A stretch of 51,432 bases of DNA, taken from positions 1-51,432 of the forward strand of contig JAFXIF010000033.1 in the NCBI GenBank assembly GCA_017533325.1. The letters run 5' to 3'. Origin of the DNA: Alphaproteobacteria bacterium (GTDB taxonomy: Bacteria; Pseudomonadota; Alphaproteobacteria; CAAHEQ01; UBA3637). The notes under the pieces are model-generated. The model was not told the origin of the DNA and did no database searches. It saw only the letters and a list, made by a program, of their open reading frames with translations. The first letter of the stretch is position 1. Each line of letters begins with the position of its first letter. The position numbers and the translations under genes were made by a program. Shown here piece by piece: positions 29,051 to 39,756 of the stretch.

Positions 29051-29521
29051 ATGGAAAAAAAATATAGATTAAATGTCGGTTTAATGATTGTGAACCAAGA
29101 AGGCAAAGTTTGGATGGGTGAACGTGTTAATGCCGAAAAATTCGGGTTTAAATATCAAATGCCTCAAGGGGGAATTGATCGAAAAGAAACCCCTTTAGAA
29201 GCGGCTTTTAGAGAGCTTTATGAAGAAACGGGATTGAAAAAAGAGCATGTGGACCTTTTAAAGGAAAGTAAAGATTGGCATCAATATGATTTCTTTTCGC
29301 CGATTATATATCCGGAAGGTGTTTTCCATGGGCAAAAACAAAAATGGTTTTTGTTTCGTTTTAAAGGAAATGACTCTGATTTTAACTTAAAAATTCATCC
29401 GCAAGAGATTGAATTTTCTTCATATTTTTGGTGCGAACCGGATAAAATGATTTCTTTGGTTGTGCCGTTTAAACGGGTTGTGTATCAAAAAATTATAAAG
29501 GAATTTTTGCCTTATTTTTAA
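29051..29521 (+). CDS. rppH: RNA pyrophosphohydrolase
   Basis: YRLNVG, QMPQGGID..AAFRELYEETG, GQKQKWF, VPFKRVVY. Start moved to 29051. Confidence 0.9.
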   Translation: MEKKYRLNVGLMIVNQEGKVWMGERVNAEKFGFKYQMPQGGIDRKETPLEAAFRELYEETGLKKEHVDLLKESKDWHQYDFFSPIIYPEGVFHGQKQKWFLFRFKGNDSDFNLKIHPQEIEFSSYFWCEPDKMISLVVPFKRVVYQKIIKEFLPYF

Positions 29522-30107
29522 TGGCGGATAATAAAGAAATCAAAATCGCAATCAGCAATAATAACAAGGGCGAAAGTAAAATATTAAAATAAAGTCCCAC
29601 GGCATACCCTGTTAAAATCAAGCAAAAGGGCAGGGCGAGTTTTTTTGCCCAAAAATTTTTATCTGATGCTTGATAAAAATAAGGACCTGTCAGGTTTAAT
29701 ATAAAACGGCCGATATAAAATAAGAACAAAAATAAAAGATAAAATAAAAGAATAAATAAAATTTGTTGGGTTATTAAGGCTTGTTTGATTAGATATTGAA
29801 ACTGGTCAACAGAAAGGTTTTCTAAAATCTGTTTATTCTTTAAAGACAAAGCGGCATTATGAATCACAGAATAAAAAAATTGTTGCTCTGGGGTGGTTTG
29901 TTTTGTGATTTTTTTTATGACTTCTTCTTCAGATCCTTTTAACACCTCAGTTAAAAAAGCATACGTTTGCTCTGTTTTTAAAATTTCTTTTAACGGTTCA
30001 GTGATTTGAAAGGATAAGAATATCGCAACGATAAAGGAATAAATAAAACAAATCCTTAAATTTATATTTTTTCGATTTTTAAGTGATTTAATAAAATTTA
30101 AAAACAT
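29493..30107 (-). CDS. Hypothetical membrane protein
   Basis: 204-aa ORF with about 4 hydrophobic segments; no recognisable motif. Confidence 0.6.
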   Translation of the reverse strand: MFLNFIKSLKNRKNINLRICFIYSFIVAIFLSFQITEPLKEILKTEQTYAFLTEVLKGSEEEVIKKITKQTTPEQQFFYSVIHNAALSLKNKQILENLSVDQFQYLIKQALITQQILFILLFYLLFLFLFYIGRFILNLTGPYFYQASDKNFWAKKLALPFCLILTGYAVGLYFNILLSPLLLLLIAILISLLSAIKNKAKIPL

Positions 30108-30123
30108 TTTAAATCTAAAAAAA

Positions 30124-30199
30124 TGGTGGAGTTAAGGGGGGTCGAACCCCTGACCTCTGCATTGCGAACGCAGCGCTCTACCAACTGAGCTATAACCCC
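30124..30199 (-). tRNA. tRNA-Ala (CGC)
   Basis: Reverse complement GGGGTTATAGCTCAGTTGGTAGAGCGCTGCGTTCGCAATGCAGAGGTCAGGGGTTCGACCCCCCTTAACTCCACCA. G3:U70 Ala identity pair, anticodon CGC, encoded CCA. Confidence 0.95.
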
Positions 30200-30219
30200 A
30201 CGAGGTTTTGAATGAGATT

Positions 30220-30248
30220 ATCATATAGGTTATCAAAAAAAATGTCAA
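30220..30248 (-). promoter_or_regulatory. Sigma70-like promoter of tRNA-Ala
   Basis: TTGACA-N17-TATGAT on the minus strand just upstream of the tRNA. Confidence 0.7.
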
Positions 30249-30349
30249 GGCAAAAATCCATTTTCATTTTATAAAAAAACAAGAAAAAGTGACAACTAAT
30301 GATTTTTTTTATTCCATTTCCTTGTCTTTTGTTAACGAGGTATTTTCTT

Positions 30350-30455
30350 GTGAACTGTCGGGAGGGCTAAAGAGACTGGCAGAGGAAGTGATGTGGCGCG
30401 AACCAGTGGGAGGGCTAAAGAGCTGTCTGAGGAAGTGAAACAGTGGGGAGAGCAA
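30350..30455 (-). ncRNA. Candidate modular small RNA (two CU-rich hairpin modules)
   Basis: GC-rich intergenic patch with a direct repeat at 30360-30391 and 30408-30438. On the minus strand each module forms a 6-bp stem (including a G.U pair) with CACUUCCUC in the loop. Confidence 0.35.
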
Positions 30456-30605
30456 CTCAACGGTCAGAGTGAATAAACAAGGCGTGTGATTTTAAAGAAA
30501 GTATCATTTTGAGCGCTAAGCGATGTCTTAAGCGTTAGATTTGTTTGTTTTATTTTTTTTTATAACTGTTAAAAAAAATTAAATGTTTTATTGAAGTTTT
30601 AAATT

Positions 30606-30642
30606 AAAAAAGCTCTCCCTGAAAGAAGGAGAGCTTTTTTTT
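30606..30642 (-). terminator. Terminator after OmpA-family gene
   Basis: A-run GCTCTCC-loop-GGAGAGC T-run. Confidence 0.75.
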
Positions 30643-30656
30643 CTTCCGGTTAGGAA

Positions 30657-31301
30657 TTAATTTTTATTGATTAAGAAGATTTCAACACGACGATTTTGTT
30701 CTCTTCCTTGAGCGGTTGCATTTGAAGCAATCGGGTTTTGAGGGCCAAGGCCGTCTGTGATGATTCTGTCAGCTGAAACGCCTTGTAATCTCAAGTAATT
30801 TGAAACGGCGTTGGCTCTGCGCAAGGAAAGAGTGTTATTATAAGCGGTTGACCCTGTGTTATCCGTGTAACCCACGATTTGAACCATTGTTTTGTTATAT
30901 TCTTTGATAACTTTTGCAATGGAGTTGAGGGTAGGGGCAAAGCCGGATTGAATGGTGGCTTCGTTTGTTCCGAATGTAATGTTCCCCGGCATAATAAGTT
31001 GAACTTGACCGTTTTGTGAAATAACTTGAACACCTGTTCCAACTAATTCTTGGCGCAATTTTTTTGCTTGGGCATCCATATAAGCACCTGTTCCAACACC
31101 AACCAATGCACCGGCACCGGCTCCGATAAGAGCGCCTTTTTTACCGCCGACCAAGGCGCCGATACCGGCACCGGCAGCTGTGCCGATTCCTGTTCCCCAA
31201 GCGGTTTTAGACACTTGACTTTCACCCGTATATGGATTGGTCGCGCAAGCTGATAAAAACGAGGCTAAAATAACTGATAAAGTTGCTTTTTTAATGTTCA
31301 T
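30657..31301 (-). CDS. OmpA family lipoprotein (YiaD-like, glycine zipper + OmpA-C domain)
   Basis: Lipobox FLSAC, glycine zipper, GYTDNTG..N..LS..RA, NRRVEI. Confidence 0.9.
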   Translation of the reverse strand: MNIKKATLSVILASFLSACATNPYTGESQVSKTAWGTGIGTAAGAGIGALVGGKKGALIGAGAGALVGVGTGAYMDAQAKKLRQELVGTGVQVISQNGQVQLIMPGNITFGTNEATIQSGFAPTLNSIAKVIKEYNKTMVQIVGYTDNTGSTAYNNTLSLRRANAVSNYLRLQGVSADRIITDGLGPQNPIASNATAQGREQNRRVEIFLINKN

Positions 31302-31328
31302 TTTCTTTTCCTTTCTAAAAAAATATAT

Positions 31329-32414
31329 TTATAAATTTTTTTTAAGTTGCTCCCGATAATGATCAAGTGAGATCAAAACAGGCTTTTTGTTTTTTTTCCT
31401 TTTATCCATTGTATGCCAAAATGTCCACCCATTGCAAGAAAGAACACCTTGTAAAGCGGCGGCAACTTGATGAATGGAGCCGTGATATTTGCCGGAGTGA
31501 ATGGTGCCATCTGCGCGGATGATGGCTGTAAATTTTTGTTTGACATCAAAAATTTTCTGACCCGGCTTTAAAAGCCCTTGTTCCAATAAAGATCCGAACG
31601 GAATCTTGGGTTCGGCTTTTTTGGGTTGAATGGTGTCAAAAATATTTGCTTCTTTTTCAGGTTTTATGCAAGCTAATCTTTTTTTTGCATATTTTATATA
31701 GGTTTCATCTTTTTCAATGCCAATATATTTACGCCCGAGCTTTTTGGCAACGGCGCCGGTTGTCCCCGTTCCGAAAAAAGGATCTAAAACAATATCTCCT
31801 TGGTTTGTTGAGGCCAATAATATGCGATATAACAAGCATTCTGGTTTTTGAGTGGTATGAACCTTTTTGCCAGATTCATTTTTAAGCCGTTCAGGACCGT
31901 TGCAAATCGGTAAAAGCCAATCAGAGCGCATCTGAATATCATCATTAAAAGCTTTCATGCTTTCATAATTAAAGGTATATTTTGCTTTTTCAGATTTGGC
32001 GCACCAAAGAAGTGTTTCATGCGCATTGGCAAAGCGCGTTCCCCTGAAATTGGGCATTGGATTTGTTTTCACCCAGATGATATCGTTTAAAATCCAAAAT
32101 TTCAAATTTTGCAAATGGTAGCCGACCCTGTAAATATTATGATAAGAACCGATAATCCAAATCGTGCCGTTTTCTTTTAAAATGCGTTTAGCTTCTTTCA
32201 TCCAGTTGAGCGTAAAAGAATCATAAGTATCAAAGCTGTCAAATTTATCCCAGTCATCCGTAACGGCATCAACATGCGTTGCATCCGGTCTTAACAGATT
32301 GCTCCCCAACTGCATATTATAAGGCGGATCCGCAAAGATAACGTCCACGGAGTTATCCGGTATTTTTTTCATCACTTCGATGCAATCGCCTTTAATAATC
32401 GTGTTTGTTCTCAT
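31329..32414 (-). CDS. ccrM: Cell-cycle-regulated adenine DNA methyltransferase (GANTC-specific, beta class)
   Basis: DPPY, GSYHNIYRVG, NPMPNFRGTRFANAHETLLW, TQKPE, DPFFGTGTTG, and the C-terminal GSIHQ..CNGWTFWH domain. Start moved to 32414. Confidence 0.9.
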   Translation of the reverse strand: MRTNTIIKGDCIEVMKKIPDNSVDVIFADPPYNMQLGSNLLRPDATHVDAVTDDWDKFDSFDTYDSFTLNWMKEAKRILKENGTIWIIGSYHNIYRVGYHLQNLKFWILNDIIWVKTNPMPNFRGTRFANAHETLLWCAKSEKAKYTFNYESMKAFNDDIQMRSDWLLPICNGPERLKNESGKKVHTTQKPECLLYRILLASTNQGDIVLDPFFGTGTTGAVAKKLGRKYIGIEKDETYIKYAKKRLACIKPEKEANIFDTIQPKKAEPKIPFGSLLEQGLLKPGQKIFDVKQKFTAIIRADGTIHSGKYHGSIHQVAAALQGVLSCNGWTFWHTMDKRKKNKKPVLISLDHYREQLKKNL

Positions 32415-32617
32415 CCTTTTATCCCTCAACGATTTTAATGTTATCATAATAATAAATAAAAAGTAACTAAAATTTTAACAAATTTAAAAAAAAAGAGCCT
32501 TTTTTGATGAGCGTTGATAAAATATTTTTTAGGCTTGCAAAAAAAATAATTTTAAGCTAAAATGCACCCGTTTAAAACTTTATGAAGAAGTTTTTCTTTT
32601 ATTTTATAGGAAAAAAG

Positions 32618-32917
32618 ATGCAAACATTTATTTTGACTATTCATATTATCTTAGCAATTTGTATAACGATTTTTGTTTTGTTGCAACGTTCTGAAGGCGG
32701 TGCTTTGGGTGCTCTTGGCGGTGGTCAAGGCGGTGCCGGGTTGTTCACCTCTCGTCAGGCGGGCAATTTCCTTTCAAGAATGACGGCTTATTGCTTTGCT
32801 GCTTTTATCGTAACAAGTTTAACGCTTGTTGTGATGGCGAAAAACAATACTGAAGTTGAAAAAATCAGTATTGTTCCGACTGAAGTTGTTGCTGAAGAAA
32901 CCGCTCCGGAAAAATAG
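32618..32917 (+). CDS. secG: Preprotein translocase subunit SecG
   Basis: [19 protein letters not shown]; two TM helices. Confidence 0.9.
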   Translation: MQTFILTIHIILAICITIFVLLQRSEGGALGALGGGQGGAGLFTSRQAGNFLSRMTAYCFAAFIVTSLTLVVMAKNNTEVEKISIVPTEVVAEETAPEK

Positions 32918-32925
32918 AGGGATAT

Positions 32926-35090
<2,165 letters not shown>

Positions 35091-35100
35091 GCTTTAAAAT

Positions 35101-35137
35101 AAAAAATGCCCGTGTCTTTTGATGCGGGCGTTTTTTT
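35101..35137. terminator. Bidirectional terminator between eno and recX
   Basis: A-run TGCCCGTGTC-loop-GATGCGGGCG T-run. Confidence 0.75.
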
Positions 35138-35189
35138 ATTTAAAACAAAACTTAAATTATGGCTTGAATATTTTTGTTTATCCTATTGA

Positions 35190-35723
35190 TTAATCGAAAT
35201 AATCATTGTCATTGGGTGGGGTAACATCTAACGCTTGTTTTGCTGTTTCATAAGAAAATCCGGCTCTTGCCAGTGCTGATAAATCTTTTTGATAATAAAG
35301 GGACGCATCTTTACTCCTAAATTGTCCTTTTCTTTGTTTTTTCAGCCAGTTAGTTGCTCTTATTAAATCAGAACATGAATTTTCTTCATCAAAGGAAGTC
35401 AAATATTTGCAAACAAATTGAGCTGAAAGGCCGTCTTGTTTTAATTTATTTAGGATAAAGGATTTTGATTTTCCGGCATTTGAAAGACGGCGCACTTGAT
35501 TTTGAATAACCCTGTCATCGTTAATATACCCGAGCTCAATCATTTTTTGAATGACATCCGTGATTAATTCATTGACATTTTCGGGGATAATATTTCCTTT
35601 TAAGCGCTCTTTTTGAATGCGCCGTTCAAGCATTTTTCTTGTTTTAAAGCTTGAAGATTCAAATCGTTCAAGATAAAAAAGAGTTATATTGTAAAGTCTT
35701 GTTTTCGTGATTTGTTTTGTCAT
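35190..35723 (-). CDS. recX: RecX family regulatory protein
   Basis: FYLERFESS, GYINDDR, GKSK..I..KL, LARAGFSY. Confidence 0.85.
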   Translation of the reverse strand: MTKQITKTRLYNITLFYLERFESSSFKTRKMLERRIQKERLKGNIIPENVNELITDVIQKMIELGYINDDRVIQNQVRRLSNAGKSKSFILNKLKQDGLSAQFVCKYLTSFDEENSCSDLIRATNWLKKQRKGQFRSKDASLYYQKDLSALARAGFSYETAKQALDVTPPNDNDYFD

Positions 35724-35765
35724 TTTAATTTCCTTTAAAAAGAAGTGTAAAATACTTTTTTAACA

Positions 35766-35794
35766 TTGACAAGAAAAAACCTTTTTATCATAAT
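35766..35794 (+). promoter_or_regulatory. Sigma70-like promoter upstream of hslO operon
   Basis: TTGACA-N17-CATAAT. Confidence 0.6.
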
Positions 35795-35820
35795 ATAAAA
35801 AAAAGATAAAGGAGTATAAA

Positions 35821-36663
35821 ATGGATTCAATTATGTCATTTATTTTAGAAAACGCTCGCTTTAAGGGTGTTTATATCGGGGCGGATAAAGCCATTCAAGA
35901 TATTTTGGATTGTCATTCTTATCCGCTTGTTATTCAAAAGATTTTGGGGCAGGGTGTTGTTTTATCATTGGCGTTGGCTCAAAGCATTAAGTATCAAGGT
36001 GTTTTTTCATTTCAAGTTCGTTCGGCAGGTCCGGTTCAATCCTTGTTTATCAATGTGACCCATGATAAACAAGTGAGAGTTTATGCGGTTTATGATGAAG
36101 AAAAATTGCCAAGTGATGAGGATTTGACGAATGAGTCTTTATTCGGAAATGGGGAATTATTGTTTTCAGTCACCCAATTAGGGCAAGAGCCTTATCAAGG
36201 GATTGTTTCCTTAACGGGGCAAACGTTAACGGACACGGTGTTGGATTATTTTAAGCTTTCCGAACAAATTAAAACAGATTTGATTTTACAGCAAAAAGAC
36301 GGTAAAACCCGTTGCTTGATGATTCAACAAATGCCTTTAAAAGAAGATGATGAGTTTGAAGAAGTGGCCTCATTATATGAAACAGTGGATGTTTTGATGA
36401 ACAGCGTGAAAGACAGCGAGTTGTTTACGGATAAATTAGCGCCGGAACAATTATTATATCGCTTATTCCATGCAAATGATTTAACCGTTTATGAACCAAG
36501 TGTTCCTCATTTTTCTTGCGCTTGTCATAAAGATCAGATGAAACGGTTTTTAGACAGATTAACCGCTAAAGAAAGAGAAGAGCTTTATCAAGATGGTGAA
36601 ATTGTGGTCGAATGTCAATTTTGCCAAACCCAATATGTTTTTAAGCATGAGGATTTTAATTAA
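35821..36663 (+). CDS. hslO: Hsp33 redox-regulated chaperone
   Basis: HSYP, YQGIVSL, YFKLSEQI, LLYRLFH, Zn motif CAC...CQFC. Confidence 0.9.
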   Translation: MDSIMSFILENARFKGVYIGADKAIQDILDCHSYPLVIQKILGQGVVLSLALAQSIKYQGVFSFQVRSAGPVQSLFINVTHDKQVRVYAVYDEEKLPSDEDLTNESLFGNGELLFSVTQLGQEPYQGIVSLTGQTLTDTVLDYFKLSEQIKTDLILQQKDGKTRCLMIQQMPLKEDDEFEEVASLYETVDVLMNSVKDSELFTDKLAPEQLLYRLFHANDLTVYEPSVPHFSCACHKDQMKRFLDRLTAKEREELYQDGEIVVECQFCQTQYVFKHEDFN

Positions 36664-37218
36664 ATGAAATATTTTTCTTTTCTTCTTTTGTTTTTGTGTT
36701 GTGCCTGCACGGCGCCACATTTTAAGAGTGTTGAGGTGAATACATATAAAGAAGAAAAGAAAATAGGCGTGAATGTTGCCTCTATTGAGTTGGCGTCAGA
36801 AGTTGAAAGATTTGAAAGACATCCGCATATTGAAGATGAAATGCCCATAACGCCTGAAAAATCTTTAAAAACATGGGCGTTAAATCGTTTTTATCCTGCA
36901 AATCTTCCATCTGAAGTAAGATTAAATATCATTATTGAAAAAGCATATTTAACAAAAACAGATGAAAAAATGCCACAATGGTATATGTTTGATAATGAAA
37001 AATATACGCTCACCTATGCATTGAAGTTTGTTTTTGAAAAAGATAAAAAAGTTCTTTACACTTATTATGTCAAAGGATATGAAACCTCTTCTTTACCGAA
37101 ACGAAGTTCCATTTCTTCTAAAGAAGAAGTGTTTGAAAAAATGCTTAATGCCATGATTTATAAAGTTGATGAGCAAATATTAAGTCAAATGCCAAAAAAA
37201 TTTATTATGGGTGATTAA
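36664..37218 (+). CDS. Hypothetical lipoprotein
   Basis: Signal peptide with CCAC lipobox-like motif; abuts the hslO stop. Confidence 0.65.
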   Translation: MKYFSFLLLFLCCACTAPHFKSVEVNTYKEEKKIGVNVASIELASEVERFERHPHIEDEMPITPEKSLKTWALNRFYPANLPSEVRLNIIIEKAYLTKTDEKMPQWYMFDNEKYTLTYALKFVFEKDKKVLYTYYVKGYETSSLPKRSSISSKEEVFEKMLNAMIYKVDEQILSQMPKKFIMGD

Positions 37219-37223
37219 AAAAG

Positions 37224-39368
37224 ATGAAACCTTATTTTTTTCTCGCAGAAGAAGACCATAAAGGATTTTTTTTGATTTTGTCTTTTATTTTGGGAATCAT
37301 TATTTATTTTGCTCTTCCGTTTGAGCCGGGGCTTATCAGTGTTATATCGCTTTTTTTATTCGCCTTTCTCATGCTTTTTTTCTTTTTTTTCAAACAAAGA
37401 TTTAAATTTTTGAGCGGTCTTTTCTTTTTCCTTGTTTTAGGAATTTTTGTTTCAAAAGTTCATACAAACATGATGGAGACAAAGTTTTTAAAGTCGCCGA
37501 AAGAAAATGTGAGCGTAACGGGAACGGTTACCTTTATTGAAGAATATGAAACTTTATTAAGGGTAACACTTGAAGATGTTTTAATCCTGTCGCATGAGGA
37601 GAAAATTCACTTAAACAAAGCCAAAATGTGGGCTCAAAAAAAATTAATAAGAGATAAAAAGTTTCTGAACCAAGATTTTGAGTGCGAAAACTTAAATCTC
37701 TTAAAAGAGATATCCGATATGCGCGGGCTTGAAAAGAAAAGTAAAAAAATATCAACAGATACATGTATTTTTAAAAGGCCGGCACCGGCTCAATTAAAAA
37801 AAGGGGATTTAATAAAAGGGAGAAGCTTTGCTCTTCGGCCTCCTTCAACGCCTTCTCAATCAGGCGGATATTATGAAGCAAGATTTCTTTATTTTGAGGG
37901 AATTGAAGCGGTTGGAAGCTTTTCAAACGTTATGATTTTAAAAGAAAGTTTAAAGCCCGTTTCTGCTTTAGATTCTTTTAAAACTTATCTTAAAAACCGG
38001 ATATCTTTTTTAACACCCGAGACAAAAGGCGTTGTGCAAGCGCTTCTTATCGGGGATAGGAATTTGATTACGGCGCCGATTGATTTCTTATATCGGGCTT
38101 TGGGGTTAACGCATATCCTTTCTGTTTCCGGATTCCATGTCGGGCTTATTTCTTTTTTGATTTATTATTTGGTGCGCTTTATTTTAACTCTTCTTTTTGT
38201 AAAGGTAAGTATTTCTCCGTTTCTTATTCGCAACATCAGTGCCTCTTTTGCTTTAATCGGCTCGCTTTTTTATGTTTTATTAACCGGTGCCGAACCGCCG
38301 GCCGTTCGCGCTTTTATTATGACGGGGTTTATCTTTTTATGCTTTTTTATCAATCGGCAAACGCTTTTAGTTCGAACAATATTTGTTGCGGCATTTTTGT
38401 TGCTTTGCTATAAACCGGTTTTAATTTTAAGTGCCGGATTTCAGCTTTCTTTTATCGCCGTGCTTGCTTTATGCGTTGCTGTTAAAAAAGTGAATAAAAA
38501 AGTGAACTTTTGCTTAAGAAGGAAACCTGTTTTAAGGTTTATAACGGGGTTATTTTTATTAAATGTTTTGGTTACATTTATTTCTCTTCCTTTTATTGCC
38601 TATCATTTTCATAAAATACCTTTATATGGCATTATCGGAAATCTTGTTTTAAGTTTTGTGTTTTCGTTAGCGGTTATGCCGTTGTTATTGTTAGGTGTCT
38701 TATTTATGCCGTTTAATATGGATAAAGCCTTCTTTATGGCGGCAGAGCAGATGTTATTGCTTGTGCATAGTGTCGGTGCAAAGATAGCCGAGCTTCCTTA
38801 TTTAATGGTGCCTGTTCCTTCATTTTCAACATGGGGGTTGGTTGTTTTTGCTTTTGGGTTTATTTTACTTGCTTGCATGAAAGGAAGAATAAAATATATC
38901 GGTTTGATCTTGATGATTTTATTCCCTGTTTCATTTTTTACATATCCTAAAGCAGATTTAAAATTAGCAAAGGAAGGGCGCCTTTTGGCAGTTCGAGAGC
39001 AAACAGGGGATTTGCGCTTGAATGAAAGCTATCTTCATCGAACTATTTCAAATAATTGGCTTCTTTCAAATGCGCAAATGCCTGAATTTTATCAAGAGTC
39101 AGAACCGTTTCGGCCGGATTATCTTATTATTAAAAATAAAAAAATATCGTTCGAGCCCGATTCTTGTTCGGATGCTGATTTAACTTTTGCGCTGAGGAAA
39201 AAGGATTATTCGAAATGCCCTCATTTGATAACAAAAGAAAGGTTAAAACAATCAGGTGTTTTAGAAGTTTTTGTTAAAAACGGAACTCTTTTTATGATTG
39301 ATTTTTCTCAAACGGATAAAGATCGGCCGTGGAATCAAAAAAAGAAGGAATCAGATTTACTTTTTTAG
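37224..39368 (+). CDS. comEC: ComEC/Rec2 competence DNA-uptake channel
   Basis: YFALPFEP N-terminus, ALLIGDR, GLTHILSVSGFHVG, PAVRAFIM, GFQLSF, YHFH. Confidence 0.9.
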   Translation: MKPYFFLAEEDHKGFFLILSFILGIIIYFALPFEPGLISVISLFLFAFLMLFFFFFKQRFKFLSGLFFFLVLGIFVSKVHTNMMETKFLKSPKENVSVTGTVTFIEEYETLLRVTLEDVLILSHEEKIHLNKAKMWAQKKLIRDKKFLNQDFECENLNLLKEISDMRGLEKKSKKISTDTCIFKRPAPAQLKKGDLIKGRSFALRPPSTPSQSGGYYEARFLYFEGIEAVGSFSNVMILKESLKPVSALDSFKTYLKNRISFLTPETKGVVQALLIGDRNLITAPIDFLYRALGLTHILSVSGFHVGLISFLIYYLVRFILTLLFVKVSISPFLIRNISASFALIGSLFYVLLTGAEPPAVRAFIMTGFIFLCFFINRQTLLVRTIFVAAFLLLCYKPVLILSAGFQLSFIAVLALCVAVKKVNKKVNFCLRRKPVLRFITGLFLLNVLVTFISLPFIAYHFHKIPLYGIIGNLVLSFVFSLAVMPLLLLGVLFMPFNMDKAFFMAAEQMLLLVHSVGAKIAELPYLMVPVPSFSTWGLVVFAFGFILLACMKGRIKYIGLILMILFPVSFFTYPKADLKLAKEGRLLAVREQTGDLRLNESYLHRTISNNWLLSNAQMPEFYQESEPFRPDYLIIKNKKISFEPDSCSDADLTFALRKKDYSKCPHLITKERLKQSGVLEVFVKNGTLFMIDFSQTDKDRPWNQKKKESDLLF

Positions 39369-39417
39369 TTGAGTTTTTTGCTGAAATTATATAAAATAAA
39401 ATTAAAGGAATTTGAAA

Positions 39418-39756
39418 ATGAAATATTTTTTGGTGCTATCTTTTTTTATGTTAAGTGCCTGTAGTTCTCTGCAAGGCGATTTTTTTGACACTTCGACAAG
39501 ATTTAACCGTGTTCAAAAAAGGGAATTTATCGGTCGATCGGCAGGGGAGGTTATGGATATGCTTGGAAGCCCCAGAACGGTTTTGACCGAAGAGCCGAAT
39601 GAGGTGTGGACATATAGAAAAGATAAATGCATTACATTTGTTTATTTTAACAAAAATAAAAAAGTCGGATTTGCCGAAGAGCGGGGGGAATGTGTGGCTC
39701 CTCAATCTTCTAAAGAATTAAAGGAGAATAAAAATGAAACAGAAAGTAACGCCTAA
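39418..39756 (+). CDS. Small hypothetical lipoprotein (SmpA/BamE-like)
   Basis: Lipobox MLSAC; GRSAGEVMDMLGSP...VWTY pattern. Confidence 0.7.
   Translation: MKYFLVLSFFMLSACSSLQGDFFDTSTRFNRVQKREFIGRSAGEVMDMLGSPRTVLTEEPNEVWTYRKDKCITFVYFNKNKKVGFAEERGECVAPQSSKELKENKNETESNA

Noticed and set aside
30360-30438. Possible mini-CRISPR or small ORF
   Set aside because: Only two imperfect repeats with a 16-bp gap and no cas genes; no frame has a convincing start and SD.
32461-32490. CtrA box upstream of ccrM
   Set aside because: The best match is TAAC-N7-TTAAC, which is imperfect, and TTAA half-sites are abundant by chance in DNA this AT-rich.
37224-39368. ComEC lacking a clear metallo-beta-lactamase domain
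   Set aside because: Common in alphaproteobacterial ComEC proteins.
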